Part shown: positions 18,589-29,000 of the stretch, piece after piece
Numbering within the stretch: the first letter of the stretch is position 1
Layout of the letters: the number at the start of each line of letters is the position of its first letter
Assembly: GCA_049472335.1 (NCBI GenBank)
Contig: JBLIRO010000032.1
Span: 1-55,810, forward strand
Length of the DNA stretch: 55,810 nucleotides
From: a bacterium
Lineage (GTDB): Bacteria > SZUA-182 > DTGQ01 > JAFGSM01
Direction of reading: 5' to 3'
Notes under the pieces: generated by a model
The model's input: only the letters and a program-made list of their open reading frames with translations
What the model was told of the DNA's origin: nothing
The model's database searches: none
Position numbers and translations under genes: made by a program

Positions 18589-21363
18589 CTATATTACACC
18601 GCTGGGATGGCCAACAGCCGGTCCAATGGCAGGAGGTATCATATAGCTTCCCGGAACCCCCCATTTGCCTCTCATGGGATCAAGCGCTGTTGAGGGTGTA
18701 GCGGTAATGGTGCTGCCAATCAGATTTTCGATCCGCAAACCTAATCCATCGGCTACGATGTCGAATGAGCCCATGTAAAGGTCTTCATAGATGAGGGCGG
18801 GATTTGCATTCCATCCAAAACTTACTGGAATCCTCTGTGTGCCGTCAGGGGTATGGCAGTCAATACAATTTCTGGGAGGCAGCGCACTAAGCATGCTGGT
18901 TATGTTATGCGCCATCTTGTCAATATTCAGCCAGACCATAACCTGACCTTCATCCCGTCCGAAAAAAGGTCCATTGTACGAGCCTGTTATGGCTACACCA
19001 TCCTTTGACGGGTGCTGACGGATGATGCCTATATCAGGCTGGTTTCTCCAAAGTATCCGAGGTGAGAGGTAATTATCTATCAGTAAATTCAGTGGATCGA
19101 TATGTGTGGAGATGTGAGGAACTATATGGTATGGTGCCCACATTCCGCTTTCATCAATGAGAAGCACAGGTCTCATGGCGTTCACTGCATATCTTGCATG
19201 GCGGTCCAAAGGATTGGGGTAAATGCCGAATCGGGATCCGGGAGACCAGAAGTTGAAGGCATACCCGACAATCCTGGGAGTGTGGCATGCTCCACATGTG
19301 AGGTTTCTGTGCGTGCCTGCCAGGTAGGCCGCTACCGTGGCAGGATGACAGACAGCACAGCGGTCCGGTTCCGGATTACGATTCATGTCCCCATGGATTC
19401 CGGGAGGTCCGGCACCCATTAATGGACCATGACAGTCCACACAGGTTGCATTCTCCGGCAGAAGATCTCCGTTATAATGGATATCGGGTGTATTGAGGTA
19501 AGTCTGAGAATCTGCTGTCCTGAGGTCGACCGGTGCTATATGGGCAAATGCGCCCTTCAGGTATCCGTCCCCACGCCTTCTGTCGATGGGACCGGCATGG
19601 CAGAACTGTCCCCTGCCCATCCCCATACAATTCATGACCAAGGGCCGTCCTGCGACAGTGTGCGTACCTGCAGGCTTTACACCAGGCCCCATGGCTGCCG
19701 GTATATTCTCCTCAAAGGGAGCAAAATGACAGTCAAGACAACCCGGATGACATTTGTTGCAGTTTCTTTGAGACGTCAGTGCCTGAAGTCTTGTTAAGGG
19801 ATCTCCTGATGTTTCAGGATAGCGAGGGTCAAGGAACTGATTGGCTATAACGGTGCTGGTAGCATTATAAAGCAGCCGGTTCTCATCAGTGAAGGCATCA
19901 TTGTTAGGAGGAGTGGTTGCCGCTGTCCAGATGCTGCAGCTTTGAGGCGTGATTGACAGATGCGTGCCTAATCCCCCGGGTACCGGTGGAGCAATCCATG
20001 GAATATATTGTGACATGGTCAGGACCTGCCCCATTTCCGTGGTGCTGAATTCGGCCACCTCTGCCGGGTGGCACCGGCCGCAGGTCTGCATTGAAATATC
20101 GGGATTCCATGCTCCAGTTAGCAGGCTGCGATCATGCCAATAAAGCATGTGGAACGGGCTCTGAACCCTAAGTCTGGTGCGAGGATCATCGGTATTACTT
20201 GCCCTTATCGACTGGATCGATCTCACCAGATCATATTCCGGACCTGTTACATCTTTCCTTCTGACGATATCTCTGTATTGCTCCCTCAATACAAGGAGCC
20301 CGAGGAGTCCAACGTGGGCGCCATCCACGGTTGAATCAGCGGGATTACCAAGGTGGCAGTCCTCACACGTGGCTGGCATACCGGTTTCTGCTTCAACAAG
20401 GACCGGGTCAATATAAAACTCAGGAAAGCCAAGCCCCGTCATTCGCAGCAGATCTGCGTGGCAGAAGGTACAGCTATCGACCGGCGGCACTGCAGCAACC
20501 CTGGTAAGGGTTGTCGTTGGTGTTGGCGTAGGAAGGGTTTGAGGAATTTGCTGCAAAGGAGAGATAATCGGTAAATTAAATATTGGTTCCGGCATATTCG
20601 TCATAGGCGCCGGCATGCTCATCATGGGATCATGCATTTCCATCATAGGCCAGGGCATGCCCATCATGGGATTAGGCATTTCCCTCATCGTCATTGGCAT
20701 GTTCATCATCATTGGCATGCTCATCATGGGCATAGGCATATTCATCATGGGTTCTGGCATAACCATTATCGGCACAGGCATCATTATCCCGGGATCCGTC
20801 ATTCCCGGAATGGGGCCGCCCGTAACCATCATAGGTGAGAGCATTATAAATGGGCCGGGCATATTCATCATGGGGTATGCCATAAGCATTTCCATCATAG
20901 GCGGCATACCAATCCCTATAATAGGCAATGTTCCCATATTCAGTGATGGCAATATGCCCTGGCTTATCATTGAAGGATTGTTCAGAGCGAGCATGGCAGA
21001 AGCGGCAGGAGCGCCTCTCATCAAAGACATTGTTGCACCTCCAGCCTGGGCAAGGACATTCATTCCATTCATTGCGATTAGCGGATCATTAATTATGCCT
21101 AAAGTTACAGGAGACATCCCTATGCCTAAAACAGGTGACATTGTCATTCCTAAAGAAGGAACTGCTCCCAAAACGGGGGCAACCGGATCTAATGGGATAC
21201 TCATTGGAGCCCCTGCAAGACCGAGCAACATCACTTGATTATTTATACCCGCATTTTGACTCATTAACGGATTTTGGTTTTGTGCTAGACTTGCCAGTGG
21301 ATACATCAAATATATCAACATAACTAATACGAGTGAAGATATATTCCATTTTCTTTTAAACAT
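18589..21363 (-). CDS. Multiheme cytochrome c with Met/Pro-rich N-terminal region (paralog A)
   Basis: Signal peptide; nine CxxCH (CTFCH, CEDCH, CGRCH, CNKCH, CLDCH, CVDCH, CAVCH, CGACH, CIDCH) plus CX8CH; AAGGAG RBS. Confidence 0.9.
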   Translation of the reverse strand: MFKRKWNISSLVLVMLIYLMYPLASLAQNQNPLMSQNAGINNQVMLLGLAGAPMSIPLDPVAPVLGAVPSLGMTMSPVLGIGMSPVTLGIINDPLIAMNGMNVLAQAGGATMSLMRGAPAASAMLALNNPSMISQGILPSLNMGTLPIIGIGMPPMMEMLMAYPMMNMPGPFIMLSPMMVTGGPIPGMTDPGIMMPVPIMVMPEPMMNMPMPMMSMPMMMNMPMTMREMPNPMMGMPWPMMEMHDPMMSMPAPMTNMPEPIFNLPIISPLQQIPQTLPTPTPTTTLTRVAAVPPVDSCTFCHADLLRMTGLGFPEFYIDPVLVEAETGMPATCEDCHLGNPADSTVDGAHVGLLGLLVLREQYRDIVRRKDVTGPEYDLVRSIQSIRASNTDDPRTRLRVQSPFHMLYWHDRSLLTGAWNPDISMQTCGRCHPAEVAEFSTTEMGQVLTMSQYIPWIAPPVPGGLGTHLSITPQSCSIWTAATTPPNNDAFTDENRLLYNATSTVIANQFLDPRYPETSGDPLTRLQALTSQRNCNKCHPGCLDCHFAPFEENIPAAMGPGVKPAGTHTVAGRPLVMNCMGMGRGQFCHAGPIDRRRGDGYLKGAFAHIAPVDLRTADSQTYLNTPDIHYNGDLLPENATCVDCHGPLMGAGPPGIHGDMNRNPEPDRCAVCHPATVAAYLAGTHRNLTCGACHTPRIVGYAFNFWSPGSRFGIYPNPLDRHARYAVNAMRPVLLIDESGMWAPYHIVPHISTHIDPLNLLIDNYLSPRILWRNQPDIGIIRQHPSKDGVAITGSYNGPFFGRDEGQVMVWLNIDKMAHNITSMLSALPPRNCIDCHTPDGTQRIPVSFGWNANPALIYEDLYMGSFDIVADGLGLRIENLIGSTITATPSTALDPMRGKWGVPGSYMIPPAIGPAVGHPSGVI

Positions 21364-21970
21364 GATCCACTCCTTTCATTAAATTTTATTTAAGCTTGAT
21401 GCAACAGTTAATATTAATTTTGATCCTGCAAAAGCACCAATAAATTGTTAAATGAATAATAAATTTTTTAATATGAAACCGATTTTAAAATCTGTAATGA
21501 ACTGCTAAAAACAAAAGAAAAACGAGATGGAACTTATGAAAATCAATTCTTGGCAACAGGAGATGGGATAAAGTGATCAGAGTGATAATACCACTTATAA
21601 TTATAAAATTTTTAAAAGCTGGATTTTATAAAATGAATTTTTAGTTTAATTTTTCACTCCCACCTTATTAAGAAAGATTATAATTCATTTGTTGTTGAGC
21701 AATTTATTCATAATCTGAGAATCTATAATATATTATACTAGTAAATATCATATTAAAATTAAATTTTCAATATATAAATTAAAAATATAAGTTATTAATC
21801 AGCATGTCTGACTTTTTCACAAATAATTTGCTCTCAGTATTGATTCATGTTGCCTGATTCAAGGGTTGAAGAGATAAATAAAAATTAAACTATGATTCAC
21901 TCAAGCCCATCCGGTATCGGGGAATCCTCTTTTGCCCAACAACCTTGCACTATAATTATTATATTGTACC

Positions 21971-24781
21971 TTATATTATACCGTTTGGATGGCCTACAGC
22001 CGGTCCAATGGCAGGAGGTATCATATAGCTTCCCGGAACCCCCCATTTGCCCCTCATTGGATCAAGCGCTGTTGAGGGTGTAGCGTTTATGGTGCTGCCA
22101 ATCAGATTTTCGATACGCAAACCTAATCCATCGGCCACAATGTCGAATGAGCCCATGTATAAATCCTGATACATTAAAGCAGGATTATCATTCCAGCCAA
22201 AACTCGCGTGAATCCTCTGTGTCCCGTCAGGTGTATGGCAGTCAATGCATGTCCTGGGCGGGAGCGCACTGATCATGCTGGTGTTATTATGAGCGACCTT
22301 GTCAATATTCAGCCAGACCATGACCTGGCCTTCATCCCGTCCGAAAAGAGGGCCGTTGTATGAACCTGTAACTGCTACACCATCCTTTGATAAGTGCTGG
22401 CGGATGATACCGATATCAGGCTGGTTTCTCCAGAGAACGCGAGGCGAGAGATAATTGTCCACAAGCAGATAGAGAGGATCGATATGTGTGGAGATATGAG
22501 GAACTACATGATACGGCGCCCACATTCCGTTTTCATCAATAAGAAGCATAGGTGTCATGGCGTTAACTGAATAGCTTGCATGGCGGTCCAGTGGGCTAGG
22601 AGAAACGCCGAATCGCGATCCGGGAGACCAGAGATTGAAGGCATACCCTACTATCTTTGGGGTGTGGCATGCTCCGCATGTCAGGTTTCTATGGTTGCCT
22701 GCCAGGTAAGCGGCTACAGTGGCAGGATGGCAGACCGCGCACCGGTCCGGTTCAGGATTGCGATTCATATTCCCATGAATAGCAGCCCCGGGTGGACCGC
22801 CACCCATTGCCAATTGGGCATGACAGTCAACACAGGTCGCGTTTTGCGTCAAAAAGTCCCCGTTATAATGGATATCAGGCGTGTTGAGGTAAGTCTGAGT
22901 TTCCGCGGGCCATAGCTCAGGCGGCGGGACCAGGGCAAACGCCCCCTTTATATAACCGGCACCCCTTCTTCTCTCAATAGCCCCACCGTGGCAGAACTGG
23001 CCCCTGCCCATCCCCATGCAGTTCATGACCAGGGGACGGCCGGCTATAGTATGAGTGCCCGCGGGTTTCACACCCGGCCCCATAGCAGCCGGTATGTTCT
23101 CTTCAAAGGGCGCGTAATGACAATCAAGGCATCCGGGATGGCATTTATTGCAGTTTTTTTGATTTGACAGCGCCTGAAGTGTGGTAAGGGGATCTCCGGA
23201 TGTTTCCGGATATATTGGATCCAGTAACTGATCGGCGATCCTGGTGCTGGTGCTGTTATAAAGAAGGCGGTTATTTTCGGTGAATATATCGTTGGTATTA
23301 ATAATAGTAGTCAGAGGATCCGAGTTGGCTGTTGCCGCAGTCCATAGACCACAGCTTTGGGGCGCGACCGAGAGATGTGTGCCCAGGACCCCGGGGCCTG
23401 GCGGAACAATCCACGGGATATACTGGGACATGGTTTGCACAAGCCCCATTTCTGTTGTGCTGAATTCAGCCACCTCTGCAGGATGACAGCGGCCGCAGGT
23501 CTGCAGAGATATGTCAGGATTCCAGGAAGCTGTTGTCTGATTCCGGTCATGCCAGAGGAGCATGTGGAACGGGCTCTGAACCCTGAGACGAAAACGCGGG
23601 TCATTGGTATTGCTTGCCCTTATGGACTCAATCGATCTTATCAGGTCATATTCCAGACCCACGACATCCTTTCTCCTTACTATATCCCTATACTGGTTTC
23701 TCATCACAAGGAGCCTGAGAAGGCCGACGTGGGCTCCGTCAACCGTGGAATCAGCGGGATTGCCAAGATGACAGTCAACACAGGTGGCAGGCATTCCGGT
23801 CTCTGCCGCTGCAAGGGCAGGGTCAATATAAAACTCAGGAAAGCCGAGACTGGTCATTCTCAGCAAATCTCCGTGGCAAAAGGTGCAACTGTCAACCGGT
23901 GGCACTGCTGCTACCCTGGTAAGGGTTGTCGTTGGTGTTGGCGTAGGCAGAATTTGAGGGATTTGCGGCAAGGGAGAAATAATTGGCAGATTCACCAAGG
24001 GGGTGGGTATGGTTTTTATGGGTGAAGGTATGCTCATCTTTGGATAATACATTTCCATCATGGGCCTGGGCATCTCCATCATGGGATTAGGCATTCCCAT
24101 CATGGGCATTGACATGTCCTCCATTGTCATGGGCATATTCATCATGGGATTTGGTATGCCCATCATGGGCTCTTGCATAACCATCATTGGCAGAGGCATC
24201 ATTATCCCGGGATCTGTCATCCCATGCAAAGGTCCACCCATAACCATCACAAGTGAGGGCATTACCAATGAAACAGGTAAACCCATCATGGGGTATGGCA
24301 TAATCATATCCATCATAGGCGATATGCCTATTCCCATAATAGGTGATATAACCCTATTCAGGGATGGCAATATGCCCTGGCTTAGCACTAAAGGATTATT
24401 AAGGGCGACCATGGAAGGTGCGAAAGGAGCGCCCCTCATCAAAGACATTGTTGTCCCTGCTGCCGGAGCAAGCGCATTCATTACGTTCATGGCAACGAAC
24501 GGATCATTTATCAAAGCCAAAGTCACGGGGGACATTCCAATCCCTAAAATGGGCGACATTGACATTCCTATAGAAGGAACAGCTCCCAGAGCAGAGACAA
24601 CAGGATCTAAGGGGATGCTCATAGAAGGCCCCGGGAGTCCGGCTAACATGCCTTGATTATTGATTCCCGGATTTGCTCCCATTAATCCATTTCCCCCTTG
24701 AGATTGTGATGCTATAGGAAATGAAAAAAATATGGATATTGCTGTTATGAATGCAAATATCTTTTTTCTTCTATTACACAT
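21971..24781 (-). CDS. Multiheme cytochrome c with Met/Pro-rich N-terminal region (paralog B)
   Basis: Same nine CxxCH positions plus CX8CH, colinear with paralog A; AAAGGAG RBS favours the ATG at 24781. Confidence 0.9.
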   Translation of the reverse strand: MCNRRKKIFAFITAISIFFSFPIASQSQGGNGLMGANPGINNQGMLAGLPGPSMSIPLDPVVSALGAVPSIGMSMSPILGIGMSPVTLALINDPFVAMNVMNALAPAAGTTMSLMRGAPFAPSMVALNNPLVLSQGILPSLNRVISPIMGIGISPMMDMIMPYPMMGLPVSLVMPSLVMVMGGPLHGMTDPGIMMPLPMMVMQEPMMGIPNPMMNMPMTMEDMSMPMMGMPNPMMEMPRPMMEMYYPKMSIPSPIKTIPTPLVNLPIISPLPQIPQILPTPTPTTTLTRVAAVPPVDSCTFCHGDLLRMTSLGFPEFYIDPALAAAETGMPATCVDCHLGNPADSTVDGAHVGLLRLLVMRNQYRDIVRRKDVVGLEYDLIRSIESIRASNTNDPRFRLRVQSPFHMLLWHDRNQTTASWNPDISLQTCGRCHPAEVAEFSTTEMGLVQTMSQYIPWIVPPGPGVLGTHLSVAPQSCGLWTAATANSDPLTTIINTNDIFTENNRLLYNSTSTRIADQLLDPIYPETSGDPLTTLQALSNQKNCNKCHPGCLDCHYAPFEENIPAAMGPGVKPAGTHTIAGRPLVMNCMGMGRGQFCHGGAIERRRGAGYIKGAFALVPPPELWPAETQTYLNTPDIHYNGDFLTQNATCVDCHAQLAMGGGPPGAAIHGNMNRNPEPDRCAVCHPATVAAYLAGNHRNLTCGACHTPKIVGYAFNLWSPGSRFGVSPSPLDRHASYSVNAMTPMLLIDENGMWAPYHVVPHISTHIDPLYLLVDNYLSPRVLWRNQPDIGIIRQHLSKDGVAVTGSYNGPLFGRDEGQVMVWLNIDKVAHNNTSMISALPPRTCIDCHTPDGTQRIHASFGWNDNPALMYQDLYMGSFDIVADGLGLRIENLIGSTINATPSTALDPMRGKWGVPGSYMIPPAIGPAVGHPNGII

Positions 24782-25109
24782 AATTTGCTCCTTTAGCATT
24801 GAAATCTATATAATATTAAATATTGTATAATCACCCGAAATTATTAAAATTACTTTCTGAAAGCAATTCTTGTATGACCTTCGATAATATCAAATGGTCC
24901 AAGAGGCTTTATTGCTGATTAGAAAATTTCGCGATGGTTTTAAAAAATCTACCTTTTTAAGTAAATTGACTAATATTTTTATATCTTATAAGCATTTAGA
25001 AACATATTAAATGATTTATAAAGAATTAAGTCTTTGAACCAGAAATGTTTAATCGATAACTATTATATCACAAAAAAATTTTTATATAGATTTTAAACGA
25101 CTGGTTATC

Positions 25110-25859
25110 CTAAAGCCTTATATTCACCTTTCTGATATAGTTATGAAAATCCCTCATCCCACCGCCTTCGCTTACAATCCTTAATATTTGATTCGAGTTC
25201 ACTATAATAACCCCTGAAAGCCAACTTGCCGGGGTATCCTTAAATGCTTCAGGAATGAGAGGTGTTGAAGGTCCCAGCATTACCACCTCCCTGCAACCTT
25301 TTGTCAATATCAGCAAGTCTTCAATGGTCTGATTTAATAGAGAGGTGGATGTAATAATTGCCACCTGGCACTTTGGCAGTTCATCTTTCATATATTGGAT
25401 TGGCAAGGTCTCATCCGTTTGCCTTTTGGGATTTTGCTCAAAGATCTTTAAAGAGGCCCCTTTATCTTTTAAATGTGCTATCAAAGGGGTAAAAAGACCA
25501 ACCATCCCTATCTGATCCCCTGGTCTGATCTCTATGTTTCGGATAACGTCTCCGGTATTCATACCCGGTTTTTGATTATTCATAAGGGCATTGACTGTCG
25601 CAAGCCCGACTGCTGTCTTTATGGAGTGATCAGAGTTTAGAAAACGGAGTAATTCAAGGGCCTTCTTCCCTGCCAGAGGAAGTGAGCCATGTAACAGAGA
25701 GCAACCCTCTATAAAATCTTCCCTGAAAGTATAGGCCAGACCGGCTTGGTTATTTTCCAGCAAAACTGCAATATAACCCAGACCGATGCGAACGTCCGTT
25801 ACTATGATGCTGGATGCGTTGTCAGAGGCTATATTGAATATTTGATTCAGTATCTTCAT
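25110..25859 (-). CDS. DUF364/DUF4213 Rossmann-like protein (putative heavy-metal chelation)
   Basis: VGLATVNAL, IGMVGLF, ITSTSLLNQT, LGPSTP and VSEGGG motifs. Confidence 0.85.
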   Translation of the reverse strand: MKILNQIFNIASDNASSIIVTDVRIGLGYIAVLLENNQAGLAYTFREDFIEGCSLLHGSLPLAGKKALELLRFLNSDHSIKTAVGLATVNALMNNQKPGMNTGDVIRNIEIRPGDQIGMVGLFTPLIAHLKDKGASLKIFEQNPKRQTDETLPIQYMKDELPKCQVAIITSTSLLNQTIEDLLILTKGCREVVMLGPSTPLIPEAFKDTPASWLSGVIIVNSNQILRIVSEGGGMRDFHNYIRKVNIRL

Positions 25860-25873
25860 TGAGGGATTATTTT

Positions 25874-25917
25874 ATAAAAAAAAGCCGGGGAGGTAAAGCC
25901 GCCCCGGCTTTTTTTAT
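25874..25917. terminator. Intrinsic terminator (bidirectional) after the giant surface-protein gene
   Basis: A8-gccgggg...ccccggc-T7 hairpin. Confidence 0.85.
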
Positions 25918-26023
25918 ATGAAATTCAGATATGGGTAATCCTTAATAATCCCCTTTTAGTATAGAATTAATCGTCTTTTATCATAATATAAGTCTATCAA
26001 AATATACCTCATAATATAAACCT

Positions 26024-29000
26024 CTATCTCGTGCGAGCCGAAGGTGTAGCGGAGGCTTCATTTGAATAAAGTGATTCGATCCCTCCGCTTAGGGATGTTA
26101 CCACGTAATAATAAGTGATGCCGTTCACCACGTTGTAATCCAGGTAAGTACAGTAATCAGTAACTTGACAACTGGCGATTAAGGAATAGGGCCCGCCGCT
26201 TGTCTGGCTGCGATAGATATTGTAACACATGGCCCCAGCCACAGGACTCCATGTGAGCTGGACCTTTCCGGATTTCGGCCTTGCACTTAAATCAAAAATA
26301 GTCTGAATTTGTTGACTTATATCATTTACAGTTAAAGTAAAGGATTCAGTGTCTGACAGGTTCGGCACACCATCATCAGTCACAATTACCGTGATTGGGT
26401 ATATCCCTGAATCAGAATAAGTCGGGTTACATTCCATAGAGCCTGTACCATCCCCGTTGTCAATGAGCGAACAGAAACCTGGAAGCCCGGTAGCAGAGAA
26501 TGTCAGTGTGTCGCCTGGGTCCGGATCTGTAGCGGAAAGCGGGATGCTAAGGCTTTCTCCCTCGTTCATGCTCTGCGGACCGATACCTTGAAGCACGGGC
26601 GGCTTATTCACCGAGCTTACTGCTACGGTCAGTGTAGCAATATCCGTGCTCCCGTCATCGTCGGTTACCCGAACTGCAACGGTATACATGTCGGGGACAG
26701 TCCATGTATGTGTTTGAAGCGCTCCGGTATCCCCTGAAGGATTGAATGTAACACCGTCATAATCCCAGTCCCATTCATAACTGACAATCGAATCAGCAGG
26801 CGATGTGGAGCCGCTTGCATCATAACTGCCTGCCTGTCCCTCATCGAGTAAAGTGTCTCCTGTAAGTGCTGCTGTGGGGGCAAGGTCATTTACAGAGACA
26901 ACCAGTGTGGCGATGTCCATACTTCCGTCATCATCGGTCACCCTGACAGCCACCGTATATGTGCCGTCATCCATCCACGAATGTGACTGTATGGCACCCG
27001 TATCCCCGGAGGGATTGAATGTGACTCCGTCATAATCCCAATCCCATTCATAACCTATGATGCCGTCAGGGTAAGATGCGGAGCCGCTTGCATCGTAATT
27101 GCCTGCCTGTCCTTCGTCAAGTGTAGTATCGCCTGATAAATGTGCAGCAGGGGCGTTATCCGTGATGGTGACATTATGTGAAACTGAATCCATTGAGCCG
27201 TCATCATCCGTCACTGTTAATGTGACTTTATAAGTTCCGTTGTCATTGAAGGTAAAGCTCGGGTTTTTTGTGCTGCTTGTACCTAATCCTGCGAAATCCC
27301 ATGACCATCCGACTATGGTGTCCGGATAGGAGGTTGATGTGTCTGAGAAAATAACAGCGGATCCTTCTGCCTGCGGTTCCGGTTGCCATGTAAATCCTGC
27401 TGAAGGCTTAAGGTCGTTGACGGTTACCGTGGATGTGTCCGTATCCTCCAGTAATGAGTCAGAGACCTTCAGGCCCACAGTATATGTTCCGTTATCCATC
27501 CAGGTATATGTTGGAGTCGCGCTAATTGAGTCATCATAATTTCCGTCTTCATCCAGGTCCCACGCGAAATACATGGTGTCACCGTTAGGCTCGTAGGATC
27601 CGCTGCCGTCCAGTTGTAAGGGGGTCCCTTCATTTACGAAATAAGGCCCGTCAGCATCGGCCACGGGAGCCAGGTTTTCAAAAACTGTAACTATAGTAAA
27701 TTCGGGTATGGATTCCATTGGAATACAATCCACGCCAATAGTGCAGCTAATAGGATTGAAGGCGCCATTGTCCCAGACCTTCAGACCTATGGCATAGCTG
27801 CCTGGTGATGCAAAGGTCCATTCAGCAGTGGCATCGGTTGTGTCAAGATCAACATCATCAAACCATACGCCGTCATTGTCAAGGTCCCACTGATAGGTCG
27901 AAATGCCATCCCCGGGGTCAATATCATAGGAGCCGCTCCCGTCAAGGGTTAAGGGAATGCCTGCTGTCGCGGTATACGGCCCTCCGTGCTCGGCATAGGG
28001 GGCGTGAGGCGGCTCGGCCACTGTTACCTCTCTGGTATCGATATCGGTCTGTGCGGGATCATTATCGTCCGTGACCCTTAGCCGAACTGTATATATCTGA
28101 GGAGGATCGCCGCTTGTATTTGGATCAGGGTCAGGATAGGTATATCTGGCGTTTGGATCGGAAGGATCGGTTGTAACATAGTCCCAGGTCCCGTCACCGT
28201 CAAAATCCCATTCATACAATACAATGCTGCGTGTGGGATCCATATGGAATGATCCGGAGGCATCAAAGGTTAGCTCCATATCATAGGCCCAGATGATGTC
28301 GTCACCTGCATCCGCAACCGGCGGCTGAACAAAAAGGGTGGGTGTGAGCATGATTATGGCCCAGGATGTGGAGAAACCGGATCCGTAAGTCACATTCCAA
28401 TACCCGGAAGTGTTCTGCTGATCCACGATCCTTTTTCGCACACCTGTTGCAGGGTCATTGTACCAGTCAAGTCCGGTGGCGCTGAGGTTGACCACGGCGG
28501 TCGGCTGGGCCAGTCTCAGGGACTTTACCAGTGCATAGGCCCCATAGTAATTATTATTCTGCCAGTACCAGTGATTGGCAATATAGTCCTCGGCAGTTCT
28601 CCATCTGGGATCATCCGTGGTTTTGTCTCCAAAGGCGAGCTGAACCATCCCGGATGGTGTGGTGGCCACTCCGTTTCCTGCCCCTGTGTAGCCGAATCCT
28701 GTTCCGTTATAACTGTAGTTCAGCCAGATATCATTTTCATCCTTGACCCATTGAGGTATAAGTATCCCAAAATTGTCCTCTGCCGCTATCATACCAATGG
28801 CGGCCCATTGACAGGCAGAATTATCGGCGGCAGAATTCCAGCTATAACGCCACCCGCCTCTTGCAGAACCGGAATCAACCTGTCCCCAGGCATACATATC
28901 CACCATGTCTGTCAGGATCTCATAGAAGAACCTGCCGTTGATATTGGCTCCTCCTGTGGTGGCAAATCCTCTGGGATTGTTGGAGGAGGCAATTGCATCC

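Noticed and set aside
20580..20800. Periodic catcatgggc-like repeats as a CRISPR array (also 24050-24200)
   Set aside because: They are 21-nt coding repeats for Met/Pro heptads; there are no spacers or cas genes.
20615..24656. Long plus-strand ORFs (207, 222 and 198 aa) and the His-rich 68-aa ORF
   Set aside because: Antisense shadows of the Met-rich cytochrome genes.
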